Positions 1 to 12,888 are shown, counted from the first letter of the whole stretch. The stretch: 56,542 nucleotides of DNA, filler included, from Platydemus manokwari (GCA_037951405.1; 6 parts of 6 records of this genome joined end to end with filler, not necessarily neighbours in it); one strand, 5' to 3'. Numbers and translations: made by a program. The notes: generated from the letters alone by a model not told the origin.

Positions 1-173
1 ACCGAGATATTGATTAATCTCCGATTTAAATTTCTAATTCTACACGCATAAGACCTGGATGTAATAGATGATTGATTCCTATCTTGATAATAATAATTTC
101 TTTAAATTATGTTGCTTGAGTTAATATAATATTTATGGATTTATTATCTCTTTATAACTTGGAAATCTTACAG

Positions 174-3140
174 ATGAAAATAACACCAAATGACGACCAT
201 TTAGTGACAATTTCTGATGATTGTGTCGTGATGATTTGGCGAGTACAGGATAAAGAAGGAAGATCGGTGAAAAGAGATAAAGACATAGGTTGGGCTGAAG
301 AAATTCTCATCACAAAATCTGATCTGGAAGAGAAGGTAAAATCAAAGAAAAAAATGTAGAGATTAACAAAATTAATTGTACTCTTTTTTAGAATTCAACA
401 ATGGCTGAATTGAGAACGAGGGTGGATGAATTGAAAATGGAAAATGAATATCAGTTACGATTGAAAGATATGAATTACAATGAGAAAATCAAAGAGCTCA
501 CAGAGAAGTTCATTCAGGAAATGGAATCGTTGAAAACCAAGAACCAAGTGTTGAAAACTGAAAAAGATAAGGAAGAAGCTAAACACGAAGAGAAACTCCA
601 TGAGATGATGGAAAAACATAGTAAAGAACTTCAAGACATCGAGTCAGCCAATAATCAAAAGTTGATGTTGGAATACGAGAAATATCAAGAATTACAAGCT
701 AAATCCCAACGTATGCAAGAGGACTACGAAAGGCAATTACAAGAGTTGGAATCACAGAAAGAGCAAGCATTGGAAGAATTAACTGAATACTATGAAACGA
801 AACAAGCGGAAAAGTCGACAATTTTAGACAATCTCAACAAGGATATCAGGGATCAGACGATGGAATATGAAGAAACAAAGCGATTGATTGAAGAAGATGC
901 CGATCGGGAAATATTGGACACGAAAATAAAATACGAGCGACGTCTTCGTGAAGAGCGAGAAAGTAATGCCCGATTAAAAGGAGAAACTGGAATTATGAAA
1001 AAGAAATTTGCCAGCCTTCAAAAGGAGATCGATGATCAAAAAGAAGAAATCAAGAAATTCCAAGCAGAAACTCAAAAACTGGAGAATGTAATTCGAAATT
1101 TAGAAAAGGATAAAATTGGCCTGAAGAAGGAAATACAGGAAAGAGATGAAACAATTCAGGATAAGGTTGGTGTTGCCTTGACTACATGATACCATTGATA
1201 TTTCTATTTTTATTAGGAAAAGCGAATATACGATCTGAAAAAGAAGAACCAAGAGCTGGATAAATTCAAATTCGTTTTGGATTATAAAATCAAAGAACTT
1301 AAGAAGCAAATCGAACCGAGGGAACATGAAATATCAAGTGCAAAAGAACAAATTCAAGAGGTTAATATCAGTGAAGGTTTTTGACAATTTTTAACTAATG
1401 TTTTCACAGATGGAATCTGAGCTTGAGAGATTCCACAAGCAGAACAATCAGCTGGCCTTGAACATTGATGAATTAAAACAAAAACTCAAATCCACTGAAA
1501 AAGAATTGAAATCAGAACGACAAGCCACACGAGATGTGGAAGCACAAGTCAGGCGATTCAAAACCGACCTGTACAATTGCGTTAGCTATATCCAGGATCC
1601 GAAAGGTTTAAAGGAGAGCATCGTAGCTCTGTATAAAAAACACATCCAAGAAGACGTGGTAAAATATTGATTTCTATTGATAATATTAACTGGTCTATTA
1701 TTTGTGATTTAAAATTGTTATCTAGGCGGTGCGACAAAATCAGGTTATATGATTATCATTGAAGTTACATTGATTTGTTGTTCTAGTTTTTTAGTTTGTA
1801 ACTCGAAATGTTTGAAATTATTGATTGATAATCCATTATTTTGTTATCCCTTTTGCTAGTTTAGCTTATCAACGATGATTGGAGTGTTCTGCATGCTTGT
1901 ATCCATGACAACCTTTTTTTCTGACCCACTTAGTTAAAAAAGTCATTCTTAGAAGAGTTATGTTTCCGTTTCTTAGATTTTTTTGTTTATATTTATGGTT
2001 TTTTCTTTTATATCTAAATTCTTTCGCAATAAAAATGAGATATTATTGTGAAAATTCCCGCAAATTGTTTTTTTAATTTCTATATACGCCAAGTGTATTT
2101 ACGAGGTTATGAGTATTTCCTTTTCAATTCTTTACCAATTACAGCAGATATTCCACCGGTTTAGTGGTCTCTTCTTTTCATGAATACCTATCAGGACCTC
2201 AAATCCACATTCAAATCATGTAACATTAGACTATGGACACAAGTGCATTTTGGTTTCATCTCAGCATTTCTCTCACTGTTTGTCTTGCTAAGTGAATCCG
2301 TTTAGCTACTGGGGCGAATTAGTCAACTTCCGTGTAATTGTATTGTCCGTATCTTCCTCGTCATCCTAAATATCTACAATAAAATCAGAAACAAAAAATA
2401 TTTACAATATCAAATTAGAGTTTGTCGTTTCTAAATTTGTGGTCAACTCCTTTCCCATTACTTACAAACCTAATTTGTTAGCCAATTTATTTTTGTATCT
2501 TTTAATTTAACATGGATTCAAAATAAAAAATATGATTGCAGACAATATGAATATGGTAGTTAACGGTCCTATTTAGACTAGTGAAGCATCGGTCGATGCT
2601 GATATACAGAAAGAATTTACTCGACAAAGAGAACACCTTGAACGATCTGTGGCGTCGTTGAGAAAGAAGTTGACAAAGGATTCTGAAATCCATCGTGCAG
2701 ATTATGTTCGAATAATGCAAGTATGAAAAAATGATTTATCTCCTCGTTAATTTTATTAAACCTTTCTCTGCCAGGAAAATGTTTCCTTGATTAAAGAGAT
2801 AAACGATCTTCGGAAAGAGTTGAAGAACTGCCGCACACACATTCATGATTTAGAAGCTGCACTTGGATTGCATAGAAAACAAGGTGATGTCGCTAGACAA
2901 TTGGTTGCAACAATTACGTCGAATAAGCCTCAACCACTGGTGGAGAAGGAATTAGAGGAAGCTGGCCGAGTGATGGAAATGCAACGAGCTCTCATAGGGC
3001 AACTGAGAGATAAAATTGTCAACATGGAGGCCGGACGGATTATCTATCAGAGCAATGAAAATAACGAAAATGAGGTTGTTCCAAGAACTAGTCTCAGTGC
3101 CAATGAGCGATTGCCGCCTATTGATGGTGGATTGCAATGA
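174..3140 (+). CDS. CFAP57: Cilia- and flagella-associated protein 57 (WDR65), 3' part; 5' exons lie outside the window
   Basis: Spliced exons with GT-AG ends: 174-335, 392-1165, 1217-1360, 1410-1658, 2577-2720, 2775-3140 (TGA). The translation gives the last WD40 repeat ([14 protein letters not shown]), then [89 protein letters not shown] and [17 protein letters not shown], which match the CFAP57 coiled-coil tail as recalled. Confidence 0.93.
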
Positions 3141-3193
3141 AAATGATTCTACAAACAATGTAGGGTGCGTTGTAAACTAGAATTAGATTACAG

Positions 3194-3199
3194 AATAAA
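3194..3199 (+). terminator. Candidate polyadenylation signal AATAAA for CFAP57
   Basis: AATAAA ~55 nt after the stop, followed by a T-rich tract. The motif is common by chance in AT-rich DNA. Confidence 0.4.
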
Positions 3200-5557
3200 T
3201 TATCTTTGTTTTTTTGGTTGATACTCATTTTATTTGCTTTATTTTCATCAAAAATATGTTCATTTATTTTGCCGTAACCGTTTATTTTGTAGATATTCTA
3301 ATATAATATGATAAAGAAAATAACCGCTACACCAGGTTTGCATATTAATATGGGCAACTGTTACCATAGAAAGGCAAGCTACAAAATTCATTCTGCATTC
3401 TTTTCATTTATTAGATTTGAGAGAACTGTGAAGTACTTTTTCAAAAATGAAATAACTGCAAAAAAATTATTAAAAATTATCGCATATTCGAAGTTTTTCA
3501 ATTTACCAGGAGTCAAGCATTGTTAAAATCTTGCTGCGGAGCTATGTGTTGAAAATGAAACAATTAAACTCTAAATCTCAACATTTCTCTCATTTTAGAC
3601 TCACTTTAAACTCTCATCATACAGATTGGACGAAAACACAAAAAATTGTTTCAACCAATCACAAATTAGAGAAACATTTCATTACATAATTACTCACCAA
3701 GATAAATACGGGTCACCGAAATTGAGAAATATGTTGCAATGAAAATATGTGCACCCCTCCTTTACTCACAAAGGTCTACAGAGCCATACTTGCACAGTTT
3801 GTGTCGGAGCCTACAAATTCTGAACCAATGATAAAACTATAATTTCCGGAATAGATATGATGTAATGGTTTCGATTTGAACTCAAACATGGGTTATATTT
3901 TAGCACGGAAAGTGAATTAACATCTCCACAAGTATCATTCATTTTTTTAATCAATACAATACAAACGATAAACCTTAGATGACATCACAGGCTTATTCAT
4001 GATATCATATGGGAAAATATTTGGTAAAATAAGCATTTTATTTTCAAAATAATATGGTTACTAACAATTACTATTTTCTATTTTGAGTGACCCACAGAAT
4101 TTTATAAGTTTGATGTGAATGTTCACGAATTTGACTTGATAGAAATCACATAGCAACATTTTGATCAAATCCGTTGTCATTAGATTTTATTCTAAGCGCG
4201 TAATTGTATGACATACTCTAAGACAATATTATATTATTTTAGTCTTATCAACATAAATGGGTAGATATTTATTTCATTGAATGCAACATTATCTATAGGC
4301 AGCATAAATGTTAACAATATTATAACATTAATTGTTCTCATAATATTAGTTGCTAGGGTAACTGTGGTAATATTGTTTATATGCCTCTCCTAATATAATA
4401 TGCTATCGATGCAGTCCACCAGACTAGCAAGAAAAAAATCATTGAACATTGACCATTGGTTGTTAGTTTGTTTGCCTTGTAATGCTTGATTGAATTTTTG
4501 GAGCTTGGTAAAAATTTTCAAGATTTTGTTCCTGGTAGCCAATCAGAGCATGAAATTGAAGAATCCTATGATTATGGTAAATATTTAAATGATATTTGTA
4601 AATTATGATTTTTCTCTCTTTTTATCGGCGAGATTTTTTAGATGTTTTAAAATATTTTATTCAAAAATATTTAGAACAATCATCGTAGCACGGGATTTTG
4701 AAATATGTTATTTCAACATTCTAAAAACGAACATCTCACCGTGTTGATCGAAAATTTCTCAATATTCATGATTCGAACCCTTCAGTATATAGACCAGTAT
4801 ATAGATTTTTGGTGAACAATCGGACCTCAACAAAATTTTAATTATTACATCAATCACCATAAAATATTTTAACTGTATACGGTTGTCACATCTAACGATG
4901 TGATACTACATCTCCAAGCAGCTCTTGAAATTAAATTACATTCATTTGTTCAGTTGATAGTAGCATGTTGCTTGATTGGCAAAACAAAATTCATATTATT
5001 TATTGAAATATTTGGTGCAACATGCATTGAAAATGAGAAAGATTCGGAATAATTAAACGTGCAATATGAATTAATTAACATTACAGCGCTGGTAAATTTA
5101 AGCTTCGTTGGAAGCGACCACTGAAAACTAACATCACAAACCCTCAGCGTGTCATCAGGATTCATAGTGTGTATGTGTACATTGTCACACCGGATACGTG
5201 TGTCCAATCTCACACACACACGCATTTAACAAATTGAATCACCCAATCACAAACGTTTATGATTCATTATTATTTAAATATCGATCTTATGACAGGATCG
5301 ATAAATTTGGTTTCAACTATGTGAGTTCACTTTCAAGCGAATATTTTTACAATTTATGAGAAAGTGTAAAACAAGTCTTATTTTTATTGCTTAGTTTGCT
5401 TGCGCCCATGAAGATTTATCGAATTAGCTCGCTTGCATGGCGATCATTCTATGTTTCTGTTTGAAATTTATCATTTTTCAACTTATAACTTTGCTGCTTC
5501 AGTCTTTGATTGTTGGCTAAGTGTTCAATTATGTCTTGATTGCAGTCCAAATCAGAA

Positions 5558-7435
5558 ATGAACCACAATTCCAGCGATCAGCTCATTGAAATCGATGAGT
5601 GCTCTATCGATGATGAACGAGATTTCGTACGGAAACACAGTTTCAATCAGAAAACCCAGGCATTCATGTTTATGTGCTTTTATCGATTATTATTGATGTG
5701 AAAATTTCAGAAGATTTTATCCAACTTATCGAAATTCGGTCAATCAATCGTTCAATCAACGACTCGCCAAAAGAAAACAGAACTGAAAAAAGAGAAGCGA
5801 CCAACATCAATGTATGTCATGAATCATTCTAAAGATCCACTTAATCTCGACCAATACATGCATGATTCCACCTTATTAATGGCTCTAAGAGAAACAGAAA
5901 ACAAAGTGAATTTTTATCTATTTATTTAGCATGATGTTCATGGTATCATTTATTCACATCATACCAGGAATATGTTGATATGGAACTAAAATGTTATCAC
6001 AATATATGATCACAGCTTAGTGATGAGTGATAAGGAAGTTGAGAAATAGATTCTTGAGTTTGAATTCATCAGTGGAGCGAATTATGATACTCGATGTTCC
6101 ATCAACTGAGCTAGAGTCCTAAAGCTACGAAACCAGTCTGTCGATGTAATTCTATTTGAGATTAACAAAGGTTCATTGTCAGAAAGTCATCAGAACCCTT
6201 GCATTATTGATTTTTTTTATTACTCATTACTCTTAATCAAAAATCTGGTACTTTTATTTTACTAACTAAACCAGCTGATGAAAACTTGTCCAATTTTAAT
6301 TTCAACTCTATTTTGGTCCAAATAAATATATAGTTGATAACAATTAATTGATTTGATGGTCCTGAATAAGATGATATCAATATCTAATAAATATTAAGAA
6401 TACAAACAAATAAAGAATCAAGACAACTCCAAAAATGCCTTACATCAAAATTAAATAAACTAAACCTCAACCTTGATCTCTTGATTATTCATAAAATTAT
6501 CCTGATGTGCACGTTGGTTACCAATAAATAAACGGCATTAAAAAATAATAGTAGAGCACTATTATTTTATGACTGTGATGTAAGATTTAATGTTCAATCG
6601 TACCCTAGTGACCTCCATGAGCTGAATTTTGAATATTATAATCTAACCTTTATTCTTTCAGGATCCCATACATAATGATTATTGTTCCTAGAATCAAGGT
6701 GGAATATAAAAGACAAGAGATTCAGTTTTACAAACCGTATTTTGGATTTATTTTTTCCACGCACGCGGTTTTCGCGTAAAAATCTTGATTTTCTTCTATT
6801 TTCAGTTGCTTGAGTCAGAGACTGCTCGATCGAGAATGGAATCCAAAATCGAAGTATTGGAGAAAGAAGTGTCTTCACTACAAAATGAGAACGATCAATA
6901 TTTGAGCAGAGAGCGAAATATGCTACATCAAATTCAGGATTTAGATAGGAAATACCAATCGAAAGTTGCAGAAGTATAAAGAATTCAACAATTTTTTGAT
7001 TTGAATTTCATGGTTTGATAAGGCTCAAGAATACTCTTTGAATGCCAGAATTAAGGAGATGGAATTATTGTCGGAAATCGCAACGATGACTCAGAAGCTG
7101 ACGAGTATTGATACGGAGAGGCAGGAAAGAAAAATACAAAAAATCATGGATTGTCAGAGTCGAATAATGGAACAAACATTACCTTATACAGCATCCGTAG
7201 AGAATATCTATGATAACGAAGACGGTCTTTTCAATGCAGGTCTTTTTGGTGAGGTAAATTAAGTGAGGTGGTAATAGAAGTTGGATTTATAATTTAGATT
7301 TTGAAAGAGCATTCCCAAAGTCTAGAACAAGTAGACATGTTTAGGAAGTTGTCATCTCCAAAGATTGAAGATGAAGAAAATTATCAAAATTTGCTTCTTA
7401 CAGATTCAGTAATCAAATCTTCCGATGCAGATTGA
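5558..7435 (+). CDS. Coiled-coil protein of ~270-280 aa, weakly similar to the EVI5/RabGAP C-terminal coiled coil; no TBC domain seen
   Basis: Phase-0 exons join into one frame: 5558-5659 (GC donor; alternative GT donor after 5626), 5711-5905, 6806-6973, 7023-7253, 7298-7435 (TGA). Heptad-rich segment LRETENKLLESETARSRMESKIEVLEKEVSSLQNE..QEYSLNARIKEMELLSEIATMTQKLTSIDTERQE. The gene structure is well supported; the EVI5 likeness is tentative. Confidence 0.7.
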
Positions 7436-9193
7436 ATTTTTCCAGATATTTTTATCCATTGTAATCCAATGATTTTTTACTTTTGTTGACTTCATAATCT
7501 TGTGATAACTCAAGAATCTATTTATTTATTTATTATACATTTCCATAACATAATATTGGCCATGGTTTATTTGATAACATATTTTAGTTGTAAATTCAAT
7601 CCATTTCATATCCTTGATACAACGATAAATACCGGATTGGAATAGTATCCGGTGATTTTACGATAAATTTTCTGATCTTTATGAATGTATTTCTATCTTA
7701 TACAAATGCAAACCATGAAAATTGCGATATAGAAGTGCATAAATACTTGATGTTGTCAATTTCTGATTTGGAAGTGATTAATTCAAAAGTTCAGTTAACC
7801 TGCCTTTTAGTCTATAATTTTATTATGGATATCAACTATTAGATAGCCATAAATAATAAACTTATGTTAGATGAAAATGTCATATTCACCATTGACAATT
7901 GACGCGGTGTTTTAAAACGAAGCATTGATATTATAGATTATATCAGAAATATTATCCTGATAAATCTTCCTCTAATAAATTGGTCAGTATCTTTCTCATA
8001 TTTTTTTATCGTCTTAAGTGACTACTTATTTTAAATTACATCATTTTTTCATCCATAATATTAAAACGATACTTTCATATCTTGCTCCTTGCTATTTTAT
8101 TCGATCTTCTAATATGTTTAAATTTTTATCTTAACCAATGTCTCAAGATTTCAAATATTGAAAATACTAAAAATGTAAATAATAATTATAATAATTGTTA
8201 TTATTAGTAGTATTATTATTATTACGAATAAGACAAAACGACTTGAAATTAGGACCAAAACGTGCGAATTAAGCCTTTAAAAGGTATACTGCTTGACACG
8301 CAACACACATTGCCTTGCCTGATTGGACTTCGGCTTTCAATCGAGATATGTCAACAGGAAATAATGAACTATCAGATGGGCCAGCGACAGTGGAAAATGA
8401 ACACAAACTTGCAAACGAAACAGGATTTGGAAATCTTGAACAAATAAAAGACATTGATTGCTATACATAAATTTAACACTAAATAACGATTGAGATCTTG
8501 ACAGATATTGATAGTCTTTTATGGTTGGTATAGTTGAGACTAATCCTATTGTGGTAATTATGACTTTGGTTTATTGTGTATGGCTTTGTATTGAGTTACA
8601 TTTTAATAATCTGGTAATAAAACCAAATAAACACAAGATCCAGCCAGATAATATTTTAATACTTATTGTTACCACTTCTGGTAGAACTTCAGTAGAAATA
8701 TTTTTCTTATGGATATTTTCATATAAAACCGTTTTCGTATCGATGCGATTTACTAACATCAATCTCTAAATTTTGCTAGTTTAGTTAAAATAAAGGCGTG
8801 TCTTGTTTAATGTTTTGTTTATTTCTCTTAATTAAACTTGAATGTATTTTGAAATGTCGATGGAATGTAAGTCAATATCAGAGTATCTTCTCGAGCAGCT
8901 GTAAGAATATTTCACTCTCAATCATCTAATTGTTATTGGTTGTCATTAACGGATTCTCTTTTTGGCAGTATTGGATTTATTGAATACTCTTCATTATGCT
9001 GTCAGTTGACAATTCAATTCTAATGGTGATTAGAATTTTGATTTCATTTTTATAGCGAAAAATTTTTACGCATTAACCTGAATATCCATATATAATATTT
9101 AATTGGATTGTCATTTCTGAAATAGAACGTTTCTTATATAATAACAATTAATTCAATTCATTCGAAATATGGCAGATATTAATATTATTATCA

Positions 9194-9199
9194 ATAATA

Positions 9200-9266
<67 letters not shown>
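9194..9266 (+). repeat. (AAT)n microsatellite at contig end
   Basis: A run of aat repeats with one phase slip near 9203 leads into the N spacer. Confidence 0.95.
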
Positions 9267-9366
9267 NNNNNNNNNNNNNNNNNNNNNNNNNNNNNNNNNN
9301 NNNNNNNNNNTTAATTAATTAANNNNNNNNNNNNNNNNNNNNNNNNNNNNNNNNNNNNNNNNNNNN
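9267..9366. other. Artificial contig-joining spacer N44-TTAATTAATTAA-N44
   Basis: Exactly 100 bp; the central 12-mer is palindromic and gives stops in all six frames. Occurs five times in the window. Confidence 0.97.
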
Positions 9367-9543
9367 TTTAATAGTAATTGATTTATAAACATCTATTATT
9401 CCTTCTACTCTAGAAGTACTTGGTTGTTCTCTATTATTAATATAATATACTCTTTCAGCATGAGCTTTAGATTTCTCATGACCTTTCAGTCCTTGTATAT
9501 TCTTAAACATCTTCTCGCAAAATTGACAAAATTTATGTGCCAT
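9367..9543 (-). CDS. N-terminus of a C2H2 zinc-finger protein, truncated by the contig end; possibly Polinton-encoded
   Basis: ATG at 9543 in a TAAAAATG context. MAHKFCQFCEKMFKNIQGLKGHEKSKAH fits C-x2-C-x12-H-x5-H. The frame stays open into the gap. Confidence 0.6.
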
Positions 9544-9588
9544 TTTTATGCAGACTTTTTTTATGAAGACCTTTAATTATTGAATTGA

Positions 9589-9861
9589 AGTAGTATGTAT
9601 GGTCAGTGTTTGACGCCGGTTAAAGATTTTCCCAATTGCTAAATAGCGCAAATCGGGGGTTTTTCATTAGATTGAAAAAATTATCAAATTGCAAAATTAC
9701 GGGTTTTTAATTTGTTTGATTATCTATTTGTAAATTGCTAAATTAAGCCCCCGTATAGTATACTAGAGTAATAGTTTTTTCAATTGCGAAATGCATGAAT
9801 CATGAATCATATGTGATTCATTTCAGCCCCCCGGCGTCAAACACTGACCAAACATACTACT
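9589..9861. mobile_element. 273-bp element bounded by 31-bp inverted repeats starting AGTAGT (Polinton/Maverick-like terminus or MITE)
   Basis: 9589-9619 AGTAGTATGTATGGTCAGTGTTTGACGCCGG versus the reverse complement of 9831-9861, AGTAGTATGTTTGGTCAGTGTTTGACGCCGG: 30/31 identical. Four internal AATTGCNAAAT motifs. No clean TSD (flanks aattga / ggtgaa). Confidence 0.75.
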
Positions 9862-10639
9862 GGTGAAAAATTAACAGTTACGAAATAAAATTGTAGTTGA
9901 GAATTCAACCAAAAACTAATGGAGACTGATTAAGGCAACTGTGATCCTAGATGTGAATTCATCCAACAATATATAAATTAAGATAACCAAAAAACCTGAC
10001 CGTAATAAATGGATATAAGATAAATAATAAAATCAATAAACAACTATTAAATAAATAAGTAGAATATTAAATAAAAAGTTAAAATAGAAACAATTATAAT
10101 AAAATATTGAAACGAAAAATGCTATACAGTTTATGAACAAACAAAAGCAGGTAGTAAACTAACAAAGCTAGAAAATTGCAATGTATTCTATGAAAAAACA
10201 TTTAAAATAGAGACATGACAATCGATAACATCGATAAAAATGGTATATAAGGTTAGTGCAGTTCTTAGCATTCATCCACTTAAATCTTAAAACTACTTGG
10301 AAGCAGTGACCTTAAGAAGAAAATTTTTTTTTTACACTGGAAGAAAATGTAAAGTTTTTAAACTATGAAGCTTAACGGGCTTTTGAAAGAGTGAAAAACC
10401 AACTTTTAATACCAGTTATATATAGAACTTTATCAATAATTCATAACATTAGAGGCTTCATTTGATTTTCTAATATCCTTCGTGTGGATATTTAGCATCA
10501 ACCTACTAAACTAGTGCTTCTCGCTTTGCAAACCTTTGTTGTTCTTCTGTATCTCGTTAAATTATCTGGTTTCTTAAATAGGTCTCACGAATATAAATTG
10601 TGGTTATTATTAATCTTTACTCCAAGCAAATAATAATAT

Positions 10640-10886
10640 TAAAATTTATTGACTGTTGTGTACATAGAGTACCAAAACAATTTGTTGAAGCTGGATAAAG
10701 AATCATTGTGTCAACAGTTAACCCATTTAAATTCTTTAGTAAAAATTCACATAAATTTGTTGGAGTTTCGGCCAAAAGACATTTTGAAATGTGCAAACAA
10801 CCATCTATAAATGTTGATGAAAATTTATCTTTCTTTGATTCTATGATTAAGTCCAATTTTCTTGTTTTGTAGCAACGTATGGTCAT
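10640..10886 (-). pseudogene. Possible protein kinase fragment (subdomain V-VIa-like)
   Basis: HISKCLLAETPTNLCEFLLKNLNGLTVDTMILY followed, after a frameshift, by LQQIVLVLYVH. Loosely resembles the CLVFE..NLYEFLKKN..GL..I..QI..AL.YLH pattern of CMGC kinases. Confidence 0.3.
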
Positions 10887-12282
10887 AATATTTTAATTAA
10901 CTCTCATATTTATCAATGCACTTCTTTCTAGTTGTGTTAATAATAAATAAAATGTTTGACAATAATACCAATAATAATAATGATAATAATATCAATAATA
11001 ATATAATAATTATTATTTTAAAAATTAGTATCCTATATTTTTTTATTTGGCTTGACAACAAAATAACCCTTCAATAAAATATTCCAATGAAATAGCATTA
11101 AATAAAATCATTTGTTAAGAATAACGATGGTGAAATTAATTCTATTGATCCCCCTATATGAGAATAAAGCCGCCGAATAATAAATTAAATAATTCAAATG
11201 AATTGAAACAATATGCCTGCATTAATATGGAAATTTTAATCAACTAAAGAACAGCATAAATAGGCTAACAACGATTAGTTTCCCGAACCATATGTTACAA
11301 TAAACTGTCCTTAATTTGGAAACCACTACTGAAGTAAGTTATCCAAAGTCCGTGAATCGAATTGTGTAAGTTATCAAATCAGCCAAACTCCTCAAACATC
11401 TTCGACAATTAAATGCCCAGCAAATAACTTCGAAATCATTTCAATATTGCTATAGCTCTTGAAGGCTACGAGAGATCGTCCTATATATCTCTGTACCGAG
11501 ATACTGATGAGGCCTATGGAAAGCCGAAATAGGACTAATTTTTAAACAAAAGGTAATTTATTTATTATATCTTGATCACTTAACAATGTTATTAACCATT
11601 AGCTTTTCCAGAAGTTGTAGTCAATCTCCTGTCGTTCAAGTGTATAAAAGCATTCGTAAATTTCATATTAAGTGTATAACTATATTTTAGTAGCAATAAA
11701 ACTGTATTTAAAACAAAAAGTCACTTCAATAATGAAGTTGGCAAGTGCCATAAGGTAACATCTCATGTACAATAAATTCATAACATTAAGTATCAAATTA
11801 TTACCTTTTGATAAGGCTCGATCGATGCAATTAGGAATAAAAAGTCTTCATCGCCTAATCGAGTTTATTGAGGTGAAAAAACATCGTATTATTATGTTCG
11901 TGATTACCTGTGGATCATTAGAGCTCCAGAGTACGGATTAGAATCAGACATTGTGAAATTGTGCCAATAATAATTGTAATAACAAACGTCAAAAAAACAA
12001 AGACCCAAAATAAGCTGCAAATTTATCAGTAAAGCCAACTTGGTATGTGTAACTGGTGAATTATTTTTAACTTATTTTACTGGCATAAAAAGATACTTAG
12101 ATTCATTCCAAAAGGGTTGATATGGTAAAATAAAAAAATGTCAGAATATTTACCAGCTACATATCGGAACCATAAAAATTTTATAAAAATGATTATGTGG
12201 AAAGGAAAAATTGTAAATATAAGAATAAGATCTGGTTAACCAAATAAAACGGTGAATGTTTTCTTAAAATCTTGTTTAGTTA

Positions 12283-12848
12283 TCACTCAAACTTTTGTAA
12301 AAATTTATGGTTAAGCAAATCATCTACAGGTGTTCTCAATACCGGATTAGGAATCTTCCAAACCTCTTTCAGGCAGAAACCTCCTTCAGGTAATTTATAA
12401 TCTATTCTTCGAAAAAGTTTGATTTTGTTCAAAATATCGATTTCTTCTTTACCATTGAAATGAGAAATACCTTATTAATTCAATATAGAAATATCGATTA
12501 TATTAAATAATTTGATACTGGTTGCTATGGCAATCATTTTTGCCCCAAACGACCATATGTCTGATTGAATCACAAATGGTTGCTTATTACATACATTTTA
12601 TTTTGTTCACCATCACTCCAACCAACTCCGATGAGGTCCTTCACATATCATCTTTTCACAAACATAAAGTTTGTCAAATATTAGATGATGTTGTTTGCAA
12701 AGGTTTATTTCCATCGTTAGACCAAATGTATATATCAGGGGTAATCCAATATTTTCTTTTACTTTCACCAAAAAGACATAGAGTTCTCAAAGGTTCTGGT
12801 CCCCGCCTTGAAATTTGGGAATTTATCATTAGTGGTAGGAATGATCTT
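12283..12848 (-). pseudogene. Protein kinase pseudogene, C-lobe
   Basis: Minus-strand reading LRTLCLLV..PLIYTFGL..EGPHRSWLE*W*TK*NVCNKQPFVIQSDIWSFGAKMIAIAT, a ~48-nt intron (~12472-12519), then SHFNGKEEIDILNKIK..PNPVLRTPVDDLLNHKFL. Subdomain IX (SDIWSFG) and XI (R..LL.H.F) are visible; there are in-frame stops, and HRD/DFG/APE are degraded. Confidence 0.7.
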
Positions 12849-12888
12849 CTGAAATTAAATTCTTATGTTATTGATTGAATTATTATTA

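Noticed and set aside
8262-8454. Overlapping 61-aa ORFs; CVAC motif suggestive of a BED zinc finger
   Set aside because: No following His pair or transposase context; too short to call.
9311-9322. Palindromic TTAATTAATTAA recurring about every 9 kb as a biological repeat or CRISPR-like unit
   Set aside because: Always centred in exactly 44+44 Ns; it is an assembly spacer.
12522-12878. 118-aa plus-strand ORF
   Set aside because: No recognisable motif; it overlaps the minus-strand kinase pseudogene and is likely a shadow ORF.
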